Counted from the stretch's first letter, positions 19,525 through 30,982 are shown. The stretch is 50,816 bases of DNA from Chloroflexota bacterium (GCA_011039385.1 DRBO01000099.1:1-50816); one strand, 5' to 3'. Numbers and translations: made by a program. Notes: generated by a model from the letters alone, not told the origin.

Positions 19525-20259
19525 ATGAAAGAAAAACAGGCCGTCCGGGAAGCATTTACAGAGATGTCAACCCACTACGAAAAAGTGGTGGATGGGGAAT
19601 TAAATCTGTTTTGGGGCTGGTCTTACGATAATTTTGTCACAGAACTCGTGAAACATACCCACATCAAGAAAAACCAGAAGATCCTGGATATCGCGACCGG
19701 CACCTCGGTCATTCCCCGCAAATTAATGGAGCAGGAAATCCCCGGGGTACGAATAACCGGGCTGGATATCACGGAATCCATGCTGCGCCAGGCCCAGCAC
19801 AAGGTTGCCACGTCTGGCTACCAGTCAGATATCCGCCTGGTTTGCGGGAATGCCATGGCCCTTCCCTGCGCCGATGGGTCCTTTGATGTGGTCGTGTCCG
19901 GATTGGCTTCCCACCACATGGACATCCCCTTGATGCTCTCGGAAATGAAGCGGGTCCTTAAGCCTGGCGGCCTGCTCTCCATCATTGACGTGGGCACGTC
20001 TCCCATCTGGGAAACGAAATTTTTTCAATTTTTTGCCAGGATAATAGCCTTCCTGTTCTTCCTTATCCGGGAAAATTCCACCCGGGCCTGGGCCGAGGCA
20101 GCCGCGGTTGACAACCTGCGCACGCCAGAGGGCTGGCAGAACGATTTGTCGCAGGCCGGGTTTAAGAATATCCAGATCACCAAATTAAAATCAAAATACA
20201 AGTGGGTCCCAGAGCCCCTTTCCATACAATCCTCTTATCAACTGGAGAGAGACCAATGA
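19525..20259 (+). CDS. Class I SAM-dependent methyltransferase (UbiE/COQ5-like)
   Basis: 244 aa. Motif I ILDIATGTS, GLDITESM, post-I/II VVSGLASHHM, LKPGGLLSIID. Confidence 0.85.
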   Translation: MKEKQAVREAFTEMSTHYEKVVDGELNLFWGWSYDNFVTELVKHTHIKKNQKILDIATGTSVIPRKLMEQEIPGVRITGLDITESMLRQAQHKVATSGYQSDIRLVCGNAMALPCADGSFDVVVSGLASHHMDIPLMLSEMKRVLKPGGLLSIIDVGTSPIWETKFFQFFARIIAFLFFLIRENSTRAWAEAAAVDNLRTPEGWQNDLSQAGFKNIQITKLKSKYKWVPEPLSIQSSYQLERDQ

Positions 20260-21866
20260 CTAATCTAGCAACACTCATAAAACAGGGCAGAAAAGAAGAA
20301 ATCTGGAACAAATACTGTGGGTTCCTTGATCTGAGTATTGATGAGTTCATGGAAATCCAGGAACGCCTGTTAATGGAACAGATCGATCTGCTGGGCAAGA
20401 GCATGATGGGGCGGATGTTGATGGGCGATGTGATCCCCACCAGCATTGAGGAATTCCGGGAAGTTGTTCCCCTGACAACCTACCAGGACTATCTGGGGTA
20501 TCTGGATATCCAGCGTGAGGACGTTCTGCCCCGGAAACCGCTGATGTGGTGCCACACCTCCGGACGGACCGAGGAATACAAATTCAAATGGGTCCCTTAT
20601 ACCCAGAAAATGTACGAGCGCCTGGCGGAAGTCGTCGTTGGAGCCATGATCCTCGCCTCCGCAAATCGCAGAGGAGACATCAACCTGGAGAACAAAGATA
20701 CCATCCTGCTCACAACTGCTCCCCCTCCATATTTCTCAGCCCTGGTAACAAGAGCAACTGACGACCATGCTGACGTGCGCTTCCTGCCCCCCCTCGACGA
20801 GGGCGAAAAAATGGGTTACGTGGAGAGGGTTCAATCAGGCTTCAAGCAGGCCATGGTGAAGGGGCTGGATTATTTTTACGGTATTTCCAGCGTGCTGGTG
20901 CGCATCGGACAACAATTTGAATCTGGGGGAGGCGGAGTCAGTTTTTCCAGAGATATGCTCAACCTCAGCTTCATCTTTAGAATGCTGGGCGGCCTGATCA
21001 AAGCCAAACTCCAGGGCCGGCCCATGCTTCCCAAGGACATCTGGAACCTTAAGGGCATTATGATCGGCGGAGCTGACTCGTCAGTATACAGGAACCTGGT
21101 GGTAAAGTACTGGGGACGCGAACCGGTTGAAGGGTATGCCTGCACCGAGGGCGGCATGCTGGCCATCCAGGGCTGGAATCTTAAGGGGATGACCTTCTTC
21201 CCCGAAAATGACTTCCTGGAATTCATACCCGATGAAGAAAGGATCAAGGAACGAGACAATCCCGGCTATGTTCCCAAAACAGTGCTGTACAACGAACTTC
21301 AGCCAGGTGTCTACGAACTGGTGTTCACCAATTTCCATGGAGGTATATTCACCCGCTACAGGGTAGGCGACCTGTTTGAGGTCACCGCCCTAAAAGATGA
21401 TGAGATCGGTGTCGGACTCCCCCAGGTCCAATATTACGCCCGGAGTTCGGACGTGATCAACCTGGCCAACTTTGTCTTCCTGACTGAAAAAGATATCTGG
21501 CTGGCCATGGAAGGGGCTGATGTGGAGTATAACGAATGGATCGCCCGCAAAGAAATAGCAGATGAAAAAACATTTCTGCACCTCTTCGTGGAAGCAGATC
21601 CGAACAACAAACTTGATGAGGATGAATTCCGCGATCGGGTCAAGAAGAGCCTGATGAGAACCAATTCTGACTTCCAAGATATGGAAGAATTTCTGGGATA
21701 TGATCCCTTAAAACTCAATATTCTGAATCCAGGTGCTTTCAATTCCTATATGGAGTACCAAAAGAGTAAGGGAGCAGACCTGGCACATACCAAACCGCCC
21801 CACATAAACCCCTCCAAAGAACAGCTTGGTGTGTTAATTAAAGAGAGGAAGATCAAATCGGATTAA
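20256..21866 (+). CDS. GH3-family (ANL-superfamily) adenylate-forming enzyme
   Basis: Start taken at ATG 20256, which overlaps the methyltransferase TGA (ATGA), giving 536 aa. GH3-like motifs are HTSGRTEE..KFKWVP, GYACTEGG and TRYRVGDLFEV. Confidence 0.8.
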   Translation: MTNLATLIKQGRKEEIWNKYCGFLDLSIDEFMEIQERLLMEQIDLLGKSMMGRMLMGDVIPTSIEEFREVVPLTTYQDYLGYLDIQREDVLPRKPLMWCHTSGRTEEYKFKWVPYTQKMYERLAEVVVGAMILASANRRGDINLENKDTILLTTAPPPYFSALVTRATDDHADVRFLPPLDEGEKMGYVERVQSGFKQAMVKGLDYFYGISSVLVRIGQQFESGGGGVSFSRDMLNLSFIFRMLGGLIKAKLQGRPMLPKDIWNLKGIMIGGADSSVYRNLVVKYWGREPVEGYACTEGGMLAIQGWNLKGMTFFPENDFLEFIPDEERIKERDNPGYVPKTVLYNELQPGVYELVFTNFHGGIFTRYRVGDLFEVTALKDDEIGVGLPQVQYYARSSDVINLANFVFLTEKDIWLAMEGADVEYNEWIARKEIADEKTFLHLFVEADPNNKLDEDEFRDRVKKSLMRTNSDFQDMEEFLGYDPLKLNILNPGAFNSYMEYQKSKGADLAHTKPPHINPSKEQLGVLIKERKIKSD

Positions 21867-21867
21867 C

Positions 21868-24324
21868 ATGTTCTGGAACATCAACATAGTAGTACCTTTC
21901 ATTACTTTCTTCCTCTATGCGGCGTTACTAGCCCTAGTGATAGTAGCCAGGCCGCAAACTGAACCGCGCCGCAGATTCAGGTGGGTAATCCTCACCATGA
22001 CTTTGTGGTCTTTGAGTGCATTCTTGGTGCTGGTGGAAACCCGAAATAGCATCCTCTGGATGCGGATGCTCTCGGCCAGCGCTATTGCGTTCATGGTAAG
22101 CGCGTACTACTTCATCGATACCATCCTCGAGGAAAGAACTGCATTTTCCCGTTATGTGATCTTCTACGGGGTTATCAGCATCATTTTAAGTTTGTTCACA
22201 AATCTGGTAATGATTGAGGCAAATGTTGTCAATGGTGAGCTCGACTACAAGTTAAATGACTTCGTTTATTTCATTTCAGGTCCCAGCTATCTCCTGCTAA
22301 TATACAGCATATTCCGGCTGATTAGGAGCTACAGAAAATCTACGGACGCCAATCAAAGAAACCGTTTGATATATTTGACAGCGGCCCTCTCCCTGATCAT
22401 CCTCGTCTCACCAATCAACTTCACCCCCCTGGGAAAATATCCCCTGGATATTGCTGCAAATGGCTTGTCCGCCCTGCTGATAGCCTATTCGATCCTTCGC
22501 TATCAGCTGCTTGACATTAAGGTTGTCATTCGCCAGGGTCTGATTTATTCCATCCCTACGGTAATCATCGGTGCGGCCTATTTCTTGATCCTCACACTTG
22601 CCCTGAATTTATTCAAACAATATTCAGGACTGGAAATATTCCTGCTTTCCCTGGCCGTGTCAATTGTCTCTGCCCTGCTGGCAGAGCCATTCAGGGATAG
22701 AGCACAATCTTTCATTGATCGCCTTTTCTTCCGTGAAAAATACGACTCAACCCTCATGCTCCAGGCGCTTTCCGGCAGTGTCGCCACCGTGCTGGATCTC
22801 TATAAGATCACCAACATGATTCTTGAAAAGGTTTCCTTCACGCTGCATATTCCCACGGCCGCTTTTTTCCTGCGGGATGAGATCAACAACCGCTTCCAGC
22901 TCACTGCCCAGATCGGGCAGGAAGGCACTCAGCAAATCGAATTCCGCCAGGGCCACCCCTTGGTGTTGTGGCTTTCCTCCCATGACCAGCCACTCACCCG
23001 GCATGATCTGGAAGTCTTGCCTCAATTCCAATCCCTCTGGCGCAGCGAGCGTCAGGACCTGGACAGCCTCAATGCAGAGCTTTTCATTCCTATCAAGGTG
23101 CTGGATATACTGGTTGGCATTTTCCTGGTCGGGGCCAAGCGCTCGGAACAGGCCTACACTATGGAGGATATCCTCACGCTAACCACGGTCGCCAACCAGA
23201 CCGCTGTCGCCATTGAAAACGCCCGCCTGTACACATCCGAACAAACCCGCCTGCAGGAAATGGACACACTCTACGCCATGGCCCGGCAGCTGGTCACAAC
23301 GGACAACCTGGAGGAAGTGGTCGCTACGGTAGCAGAACATACTGTGAACAGCGTTCAAATCTGCTATGCCCAGATCAGCACCCGGGAGGAAAATGGGGAT
23401 TTCATAATCCGGGCTGTCCACTCGCGAAATGAATCCAACGCTGAGGATCTGGTTGGGAAGAAAGAACCCCTGGTCGCGGAGCACTTTTTTAACTGGATCC
23501 TTCAGGAAGACCGGAGTGTTGTCCTGCGCAGGGACGACCTGGATCTTCATGAAGAGGAAAGATCCGCGCTCTTTCTGGATGACATCCAGGAAATTTGCAT
23601 CTCCCCACTGAAAGGAGTGGATGAGTGTATTGGCCTCTTAATCCTGGGGGATGATCACAGCAGCAGCAACCACCAAGCCTTTTCAAGCACTAAGCTGCGG
23701 CTGATCGAGGTCATCTCAGATTACGCTACCAGCGCCATCCAGCGAGCACAGCTTCACGAACGCCTAGAGGAAACTTTCCTGGAAACCATCATTGCCCTCG
23801 CCAATGCGGTGGATGCACGGGACACCTACACGGGTGATCACAGCCAGCGCATGGCAGATTTGAGCACAAAGATTGGCATGAAAATGGGGCTGCCCAAGGA
23901 TCAAATCGAAGCCCTCCATTGGGCATCTATCTTGCACGATATTGGCAAAATCGGTGTGCCAGATGGAATATTAAACAAAAAAGGTCCCCTGAATAAAGAA
24001 GAATGGATAACCATGAAAGAACACCCGCTGACTGGCGCCCAGATTGTCGCACCCATCAAATATCTGGAGCCGGTATCTCCCATCATCAGGTCTCACCACG
24101 AAAAGTATGATGGCTCCGGGTATCCGGACGGACTGAGCGGTGAGGAAATCCCCCTGGGCGCCCGCATACTCGCTGTGGTTGACGCGTACATTGCCATCCG
24201 TGATGAGAGGGTTTACAGCCAAAGCCATACCCACGAAGAAGCCATCGCTGAAATAAGAAGGTGCAGCGGGGGACAATTTGACCCGGAAATCGTGGATATT
24301 TTCTGTAAAACAATCACGGAGTGA
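21868..24324 (+). CDS. Membrane sensor: N-terminal 7-TM domain, GAF domains, C-terminal HD-GYP phosphodiesterase domain
   Basis: 818 aa. About 7 hydrophobic helices in the first ~270 aa and two GAF-like regions. HD-GYP signature: HDIGKIGVP ... HHEKYDGSGYPDGL. The ATG lies 1 nt after the GH3 stop. Confidence 0.85.
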   Translation: MFWNINIVVPFITFFLYAALLALVIVARPQTEPRRRFRWVILTMTLWSLSAFLVLVETRNSILWMRMLSASAIAFMVSAYYFIDTILEERTAFSRYVIFYGVISIILSLFTNLVMIEANVVNGELDYKLNDFVYFISGPSYLLLIYSIFRLIRSYRKSTDANQRNRLIYLTAALSLIILVSPINFTPLGKYPLDIAANGLSALLIAYSILRYQLLDIKVVIRQGLIYSIPTVIIGAAYFLILTLALNLFKQYSGLEIFLLSLAVSIVSALLAEPFRDRAQSFIDRLFFREKYDSTLMLQALSGSVATVLDLYKITNMILEKVSFTLHIPTAAFFLRDEINNRFQLTAQIGQEGTQQIEFRQGHPLVLWLSSHDQPLTRHDLEVLPQFQSLWRSERQDLDSLNAELFIPIKVLDILVGIFLVGAKRSEQAYTMEDILTLTTVANQTAVAIENARLYTSEQTRLQEMDTLYAMARQLVTTDNLEEVVATVAEHTVNSVQICYAQISTREENGDFIIRAVHSRNESNAEDLVGKKEPLVAEHFFNWILQEDRSVVLRRDDLDLHEEERSALFLDDIQEICISPLKGVDECIGLLILGDDHSSSNHQAFSSTKLRLIEVISDYATSAIQRAQLHERLEETFLETIIALANAVDARDTYTGDHSQRMADLSTKIGMKMGLPKDQIEALHWASILHDIGKIGVPDGILNKKGPLNKEEWITMKEHPLTGAQIVAPIKYLEPVSPIIRSHHEKYDGSGYPDGLSGEEIPLGARILAVVDAYIAIRDERVYSQSHTHEEAIAEIRRCSGGQFDPEIVDIFCKTITE

Positions 24325-24400
24325 TTTTTTAATCCAGGACCCAGGCAACCCTTCCAACAGTCAATCCCGAAATAAATCCCTGTAGGTTACAATCTGAATT

Positions 24401-26512
24401 ATGACAAAACCTGAATCCCTCGTGCCTTTTTTTAATCCAAGAGGTGTGGTTGTCATCGGTGCCTCCCATGATCCAACTAAACTGGGTTACTTATTGGCAA
24501 CCAACCTGCATAGAAGCGGCTTTAAAGGCGCCATCCATTATGTAAATCTGAAAGGCGGCACCTTGCTGGGAAAACCCGTATATACATCTGTGCTTGATGT
24601 TCCGGACCCTGTAGATCTCGCTGCTATATTGATCCCTGCCCAATTTGTCGCGCCTGCCTTGAGGGATTGCGGCCAAAGGGGCATCCAGGCGGCGATCATT
24701 GGTGCTGGTGGCTTCCGTGAAATCGGTCCCGTTGGGCTGGAGCTCGAACAAGATATGCTGAAGGTTGCCGCAGCGGAAGGGATCCGGTTGCTCGGGCCTA
24801 ACTGCATCGGGCTGCTGGACACCCATCTGCCGCTAGACACAACCTTCCTTCCTCCTCCCGGCCCTACACCAGGTGATGTGGCCTTTTTGTCTCATTCGGG
24901 AGCGATTTGCGCCGCGGCGATTGATTGGGCCCGGGGCCAGGGGTACGGCATTTCCCGACTGATCAGCCTGGGAAACCAGGCCGATGTGTCTGAGACGGAC
25001 CTGATCGGTCCTACGGCCGCTGACGAACATACACGGGTGATTGCCCTTTATCTGGAGGGAATCCGGTCCGGACGCGAATTTATCAAGCAGGCCCGGGGGG
25101 TGATCAAATCCAAACCAATCATTGCCCTTAAAGTCGGGCGGTTTGAATCCGGCCGTAAAGCGGCCGCCTCGCATACAGGTGCCCTGGCAGGGGAAGAAAG
25201 CGCCTATAATGCCGCTTTTCGAAGGGCTGGTGTTTTGCGCGCTGAGACCAGCGAAGAGATGTTTGACCAGGCCCGGGCCTTAGCCTGGTGCCCCTTACCC
25301 AAAGGAAATAGAGTCGGCGTGCTGACCAACGCCGGTGGTCCTGGTGTCACCGCGGCAGATGCACTGGAGGCCCGGGGGCTGAAAATGGCGGTTTTCAGCC
25401 CAGAGACGTTGAAAACTCTGGCTGAATCCCTGCCTCCAGCTGCCAGTTTGCACAATCCGGTAGACATGCTGGCTTCCGCTGGACCGGAGCAATTTGCGGC
25501 TTGCCTTAAGGCTATGCTCGCTGACCCCGGCACAGACAGCGTGATGGTGATCTACCCCACACCCCCCATGCATTCAGCGGGCGCAGTCGCTAAAGCCCTC
25601 ATCCCCATCATCCACCAGGCAGAAAAGCCAGTAGTTGTTAGCGTGATGGGAGAAAGGCTGATCCAGGAGGCCGTTGAGCACTTGCGGGCTGCCCGCATTC
25701 CTGAATACCGTTTTCCCGAACGGGCCGCGGCAGCATTGGCCGCCCTGGTTGAGCGAGTGGAGCTGCTGAAGCATGCCGCGGAAAAACCCTTGATGAGGGA
25801 TGATGTAAAGACTGAGCTTGTCAGGGAGATCATCAAGACAGGACAGAAGGACAATCATCTTACAGCCATTGAAACAGCCAGAATTTTGACTGCTTACGGC
25901 ATTCAATCCGCCAATCTGAAGCTGGCAACAACAGAAGATGAGGCTGCTTCCCTGGCAGAAGAGATCGGATTACCGGTTGTGCTGAAAGTGGCTTCCGCTG
26001 ACATCAGCCACAAGACTGATGTGGGAGGGGTCTTGTTAAACCTGGCAGACGTCAAATCCGTTCGGGGCGGTTACCAAAATATCCTGGCTCAGGCCCAGGC
26101 AGCCCTGCCGGATGCAAAGCTGACAGGTGTCTACGTCCAGGAAATGGCCCCCCCGGGCCAGGAAGTCATCATCGGGGCTGTGCAAGACCCCCAATTTGGT
26201 CCAATCATGATGTTTGGTTCAGGCGGGACGGAGGTCGAAGGGCTCAAAGACCTCGCCTTTGGTCTGGCACCTTTGACAGAACTTGAGATTGCAACCATGC
26301 TTAAGAGAACCTGGGCTGGGCGCAAGTTAGGCGGCTATAGAAATATCCTGCCAGCCGATATCCCGGAAGTGGAAGAGGTGCTGATCCGGCTGGCCCAGCT
26401 GGCCTGGGACTTCCCCGAGCTGGCTGAAATTGAGATCAATCCCCTGCGCGTGTTCCCGGATGGACAAGGAGCCGCAGCGATAGACGTTCGGATGAGATTA
26501 ATCCCGGTCTGA
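24401..26512 (+). CDS. ADP-forming acetyl-CoA synthetase (fused CoA-binding/succinyl-CoA-synthetase-like and ATP-grasp domains)
   Basis: 703 aa. CoA-binding GVVVIGAS, GPNCIGL, SHSGA and the phospho-His loop AASHTGALAG, followed by a C-terminal ATP-grasp domain. Confidence 0.88.
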   Translation: MTKPESLVPFFNPRGVVVIGASHDPTKLGYLLATNLHRSGFKGAIHYVNLKGGTLLGKPVYTSVLDVPDPVDLAAILIPAQFVAPALRDCGQRGIQAAIIGAGGFREIGPVGLELEQDMLKVAAAEGIRLLGPNCIGLLDTHLPLDTTFLPPPGPTPGDVAFLSHSGAICAAAIDWARGQGYGISRLISLGNQADVSETDLIGPTAADEHTRVIALYLEGIRSGREFIKQARGVIKSKPIIALKVGRFESGRKAAASHTGALAGEESAYNAAFRRAGVLRAETSEEMFDQARALAWCPLPKGNRVGVLTNAGGPGVTAADALEARGLKMAVFSPETLKTLAESLPPAASLHNPVDMLASAGPEQFAACLKAMLADPGTDSVMVIYPTPPMHSAGAVAKALIPIIHQAEKPVVVSVMGERLIQEAVEHLRAARIPEYRFPERAAAALAALVERVELLKHAAEKPLMRDDVKTELVREIIKTGQKDNHLTAIETARILTAYGIQSANLKLATTEDEAASLAEEIGLPVVLKVASADISHKTDVGGVLLNLADVKSVRGGYQNILAQAQAALPDAKLTGVYVQEMAPPGQEVIIGAVQDPQFGPIMMFGSGGTEVEGLKDLAFGLAPLTELEIATMLKRTWAGRKLGGYRNILPADIPEVEEVLIRLAQLAWDFPELAEIEINPLRVFPDGQGAAAIDVRMRLIPV

Positions 26513-26765
26513 TGATCTGCGGCACACATCAATATTCAGGCAGGGCTTGTCGCTACCATAGACCTATCAGGGTTATCCAGCTGTCTTCGATTCTTGTCAG
26601 GTCAAGAGGGAATGGAGCGAACCAGTTCTGATCGGATCCTAATTCGGGGTTAAACCAACCCTGGACAAAAATGGCAGCCTGCATTTCAGGCACAATTTTG
26701 GTTCAGGATGATGTGATGCAGGATACGGATTTACATTCCGTAGAAAAACAGCCCTTGAACAAACA

Positions 26766-26796
26766 GGAAGCGGGGTCCTTTCAGGACCCCGCTTCC
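26766..26796 (-). terminator. Intrinsic terminator downstream of uvrA
   Basis: 13-bp perfect stem GGAAGCGGGGTCC / GGACCCCGCTTCC with a 5-nt loop. On the minus strand TGTTTGTT follows. Lies 8 nt after the uvrA stop. Confidence 0.5.
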
Positions 26797-26803
26797 TTCG
26801 CCT

Positions 26804-29698
26804 TTAAGAATGATTTTCCTGGACATAAGACTTGAGGTACTGTCCGGTATAAGAGTGGGGATTAGCGCAAATCTCCTCCGGAAGCCCGGCAGCTATCACC
26901 TCGCCGCCCGCATCTCCACCTTCTGGGCCCAGGTCTATGATGTAATCGGCAACTTTGATGATGTCAAGATTATGTTCGATGATCAAAACTGTATTGCCGT
27001 CATCTACCAGCCGCTGCAGCACTTCAATCAGCTTGTGAACATCGGCAGCATGCAAGCCCACCGAAGGCTCATCCAGCACATAGAGCGTAGATCCAGTGGA
27101 GCGTTTGGCAAGCTCACGGGATAGTTTTATGCGCTGGGCTTCGCCCCCAGAAAGCGTGGTAGAAGCCTGCCCGATCCGGATATAGCCCAGCCCTACATCC
27201 TGGAGGGTTTTGAGGCGGCTCATCATCGCCGGGAAGGGTTCAAAAACCTCGGCCGCCTGGTCTACCGTCAATTCCAGCACATCCGCGATATTGAATTTCC
27301 CTTTATAGCGGACCTGGAGGGTTTCCCGGTTGTAACGCGCGCCATGGCAGACGTCGCAGGGCACAAATACGTCGGGCAAGAACTGCATCTCGATTTCCAG
27401 CTGCCCGTGGCCGCGGCAGGCTTCACAGCGCCCCCCTTTGACGTTAAATGAGAATCGGCCTTTGTCGTAACCGCGGATTTTGCTTTCCGGCAGGTCTGCA
27501 AACAAGTCGCGAATGTGGTCAAAAAGCTTGGTATAGGTTCCCGGATTGGAGCGGGGGGTACGTCCGATCGGCGATTGATCGATATTGACAATCTTGTCGA
27601 TATGCTCCAATCCCTTGATCCCATCATGTGCTCCCGGCTTGGTCTTGGCCCGGTTCAGCTCTCTTGCCAGGGCCTTGTAGAGGATTTCGATCATCAGGGT
27701 GGATTTCCCGGATCCAGAGACTCCCGTGATGCAGACCAGTTTGCCGAGCGGGATGGTCACGTCTATGTTTTTCAGGTTATGCTCCCTGGCCCCCAGGATC
27801 TGGAGCGACTTGCCATTTCCTTTCCGCCTCTTCTCAGGCATGGGAACTTTCAGCCTTCCAGATAGATAAGCCCCGGTGAGCGAATCCGGGTGTTCAAGGA
27901 TCTCCTTGATCGTTCCCGCTACAACCACCTCACCGCCATGTTCACCTGCTCCCGGACCTAAATCCAGGACCCAATCGGCGGTTTCAATGGTCTCTGCGTC
28001 GTGCTCCACAACCATCACCGTATTGCCCAGGTCTCTAAGTCCTTCCAGGGTGCGCAGCAACCTTCCATTATCACGGGGGTGCAGGCCGATGGACGGTTCA
28101 TCAAGCACGTAGAGCACCCCTATCAGGTGAGAACCAATCTGGGTTGCCAGCCTGATGCGCTGTGCTTCCCCGCCAGACAAAGTCCCGGCTGATCGACTGA
28201 GGGTCAGATAATCCAGGCCAACATTAACCAGGAAACCCAACCGTTCAGTCAGCTCCCGGAGCACCCGGTCAGCGATGATCTGTTGGCGTTCCGAGAGGGG
28301 AGACTTTTTCCCTTTCAGACCCTCAATCCATTGCAGGACTTTTTGAATAGGCCAGGTTGAGACCTCAACGATATTGGCATCGGCGATGGTAACTGCCAGC
28401 GCTTCAGGCCTGAGCCTGGCGCCCTGGCAAGAGGGACAGGGATGATCATTCATATAACCCATGATGCGGGTCCGCATATACTCGGACCGAGTCTCCTTGA
28501 AACGCCTTTCGAGGTTGTTAATCACTCCCTCAAATTTACGGTAAAACTCATATTCCCTGCCTTCTTTATCCACATAGGTCATTGGCACCTCCTCGCCCTG
28601 GGTGCCATAAAGGATGATATTTTGATATTCTGCTGACAGCTCCTGATAGGCTTGGTTCAGATCGATTTCAAACGCATCGGCAGCGCCTACCAGGGCCCGC
28701 CAGTAATATCCCCCCTGGGCCCTGGGGCCTCCCCATTCCTGGGCATCTATCGCGCCTTCATTAATGGAAAGCGTCTTGTTCGGAATCAGCAGGTTGACAT
28801 CCACTTCCAGCTTGGTGCCGATCCCTTCGCAGGTCGGGCAGGCACCGTGGGGCGTGTTAAAAGAAAAAGTCCGGGGCTCGATTTCCGGGAAGCTGATTTC
28901 ACATACCGGGCAGGCCAGGTGCTCCGAGTAGCTGGTGTTGACAGGGTTTTCCGGATCGGTCACATCATAAATGGTGATATAGCCATCGCCAAATTTTAAG
29001 GCCGTTTCTACCGAATCAGTCAAGCGGGAAAGGAAATTATCCTTCTCCGCTCCAGTGATTAACTCCGGAATCACCAAGCGGTCTACAACGGCTTCAATTG
29101 TATGCTGCTGGTACCGTTCCAGCTTGATCTCTTCCTCCAGACGGCGGATTTTGCCATCAATCCTGGCCCGCACAAAACCGGATTTACTGATTTCATCCAG
29201 GATGCCCTGGTGTTCCCCTTTCCTCCCCCGTATCACTGGCGCCAGGATTTGAAAACGGGTGCCGGCCGGAAAGGAGGACAACAGCTCAACAATTTCCTGG
29301 GCCGATTGGGTGGTAACTTCCCGTCCGCACTCCGGGCAGTGAGGAATTCCCGCTCGGGCAAATAACAGACGGAGGTAATCGTAAATTTCCGTCACTGTCC
29401 CCACTGTTGAGCGGGGGTTCTGAGAGGTCCCTTTCTGATCGATCGATACTGCGGGCGAGAGGCCTTCGATATAATCCACGTCTGGTTTAGCCATCTGCCC
29501 TAAAAACTGCCGGGCATAGGACGAGAGGGATTCAACATAACGCCGCTGGCCCTCTGCAAAGATGGTATCAAAAGCCAAGGAAGATTTTCCCGACCCAGAT
29601 AAACCAGTGATGACCACAAATTTATCGCGGGGAATCTCAACGGTGATATTTTTCAGGTTGTGAACCCTTGCACCTACTACTTTGATCTTCTTTTCCAT
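26804..29698 (-). CDS. uvrA: Excinuclease ABC subunit A
   Basis: 964 aa. Two ABC modules ([18 protein letters not shown], two LSGGE signatures) and zinc-finger Cys motifs (CPVC..CPTC; CEAC..CDVC). Confidence 0.95.
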   Translation of the reverse strand: MEKKIKVVGARVHNLKNITVEIPRDKFVVITGLSGSGKSSLAFDTIFAEGQRRYVESLSSYARQFLGQMAKPDVDYIEGLSPAVSIDQKGTSQNPRSTVGTVTEIYDYLRLLFARAGIPHCPECGREVTTQSAQEIVELLSSFPAGTRFQILAPVIRGRKGEHQGILDEISKSGFVRARIDGKIRRLEEEIKLERYQQHTIEAVVDRLVIPELITGAEKDNFLSRLTDSVETALKFGDGYITIYDVTDPENPVNTSYSEHLACPVCEISFPEIEPRTFSFNTPHGACPTCEGIGTKLEVDVNLLIPNKTLSINEGAIDAQEWGGPRAQGGYYWRALVGAADAFEIDLNQAYQELSAEYQNIILYGTQGEEVPMTYVDKEGREYEFYRKFEGVINNLERRFKETRSEYMRTRIMGYMNDHPCPSCQGARLRPEALAVTIADANIVEVSTWPIQKVLQWIEGLKGKKSPLSERQQIIADRVLRELTERLGFLVNVGLDYLTLSRSAGTLSGGEAQRIRLATQIGSHLIGVLYVLDEPSIGLHPRDNGRLLRTLEGLRDLGNTVMVVEHDAETIETADWVLDLGPGAGEHGGEVVVAGTIKEILEHPDSLTGAYLSGRLKVPMPEKRRKGNGKSLQILGAREHNLKNIDVTIPLGKLVCITGVSGSGKSTLMIEILYKALARELNRAKTKPGAHDGIKGLEHIDKIVNIDQSPIGRTPRSNPGTYTKLFDHIRDLFADLPESKIRGYDKGRFSFNVKGGRCEACRGHGQLEIEMQFLPDVFVPCDVCHGARYNRETLQVRYKGKFNIADVLELTVDQAAEVFEPFPAMMSRLKTLQDVGLGYIRIGQASTTLSGGEAQRIKLSRELAKRSTGSTLYVLDEPSVGLHAADVHKLIEVLQRLVDDGNTVLIIEHNLDIIKVADYIIDLGPEGGDAGGEVIAAGLPEEICANPHSYTGQYLKSYVQENHS

Positions 29699-29994
29699 AA
29701 ATAACTTTCAATGCCAAAGATAAACTGCCTGGGAATTGAGCTGAATTTGATTTCACACAAGTGTCCCCAATTATACCTCTTCAAAAAAACAAACCGTTTT
29801 TTGAAAAGCAAAGTCAATCAAATCCCCCCCCCATCTACCCCTAAAGAGGAGGAAGAACCAAACTCCATTCGGGGTTCCTCGCTGCCGTTCCCCGAAGGCT
29901 TGCAGGCCAGGAACTATGAGAATTTGTAAGATTGAAGTATAATCACATTTTGCAGGAATGAACCTAAAAGAGAGAAAAGCCAGCAGGAGGCTTA

Positions 29995-30654
29995 ATGAAC
30001 ATTACTTGGCACGGGCATTCATGTTTTCGACTGACAGAACGCGGTATGGCGACAGTGGTGACAGACCCGTATAACCATAAAAAGATCGGTTATGGGGAAC
30101 TCAACCTGTCGGCTGATATTGTGACAGTCAGCCATGATGACCCGGGACATAATTACACCAAAGTGATCCGAAAAAGGAAAAACGGCCAGCACATCCTCAC
30201 CGGGCCCGGCGAGTACGAAATAGGGGAAGTGTTTATCACAGGCATACGCACGAACCACAAAAAGAAAAAGGATGACCCCTGGAATGTGATGTACATCTTT
30301 GATTACAATGGTATTTTGGTCGCTCATCTGGGGAATCTAAACCGGGTTCCAAGCCAGTCAGATGTCAAATCCATCGCCGGTGACGTTCATGTAGCCCTGG
30401 TGCCCATTGGCGGCGGGAGCAGCCTGAACGCCTCCAAGGCAGTGGAAGCAATCCGCATCCTTGAACCCAGTTATGCGATCCCCATGTACTACCAGACCGA
30501 AGAATGTAAGGTTGAGCTGGATCCCCTCGATAAATTCATCAAGGAAATGGGCCTTGACACTGTGGAGCCGCTCCCAGAACTGAAAATCACCAGCAGCCGT
30601 TCCAGCAGCGAAACCAAAGTAATCCTCCTGGAATATGCCCGGGAAGCCGATTAA
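29995..30654 (+). CDS. MBL-fold metallo-hydrolase (UPF0173-like)
   Basis: 219 aa. ITWHGHSCF, VSHDDPGH (HxHxDH-like variant). AGGAGG SD 4 nt upstream. Confidence 0.8.
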   Translation: MNITWHGHSCFRLTERGMATVVTDPYNHKKIGYGELNLSADIVTVSHDDPGHNYTKVIRKRKNGQHILTGPGEYEIGEVFITGIRTNHKKKKDDPWNVMYIFDYNGILVAHLGNLNRVPSQSDVKSIAGDVHVALVPIGGGSSLNASKAVEAIRILEPSYAIPMYYQTEECKVELDPLDKFIKEMGLDTVEPLPELKITSSRSSSETKVILLEYAREAD

Positions 30655-30665
30655 AGAGGTCCTGC

Positions 30666-30968
30666 ATGACTGTAAAACTACTCATGACCTGGGATATCCT
30701 GCCCAATCGGGAACAGGAATACTTTGAATTTGTGATCAGCGATTTTATCCCGGAGATCAAGGGTTTAGGCATCAGTCCCGTGGACGCCTGGTATACAATG
30801 TACGGAAATCAACCTCAGATCATGGTTGCCGCAAAGACCCAGAGCCAGGCAGCCCTCAATGTTGCCATGGCATCGAAAGAATGGCAGCGATTGATTGAGA
30901 GCCTGATGCAATATGTGGATAACTTTTCATACAAAGTAATCCCCGCCCGGACAGGTTTTCAGTTATAA
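30666..30968 (+). CDS. Hypothetical small protein (100 aa)
   Basis: ORF with AAGAGG SD 6 nt upstream, 11 nt after the MBL hydrolase gene. No family recognised. Confidence 0.5.
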   Translation: MTVKLLMTWDILPNREQEYFEFVISDFIPEIKGLGISPVDAWYTMYGNQPQIMVAAKTQSQAALNVAMASKEWQRLIESLMQYVDNFSYKVIPARTGFQL

Positions 30969-30982
30969 TCTAATTCCCTATT

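Noticed and set aside
26513-26765. Unusually long (~250 nt) non-coding stretch between convergent acd and uvrA; searched for an sRNA, tRNA or repeat
   Set aside because: Only short 5-6-bp hairpins are present. There is no promoter-like element and no repeat, so nothing is supportable.
29711-29929. 72-aa ORF in the uvrA/MBL divergent intergenic region
   Set aside because: It has no SD, contains a poly-C/Pro-Glu low-complexity stretch, and lies where divergent promoters are expected.
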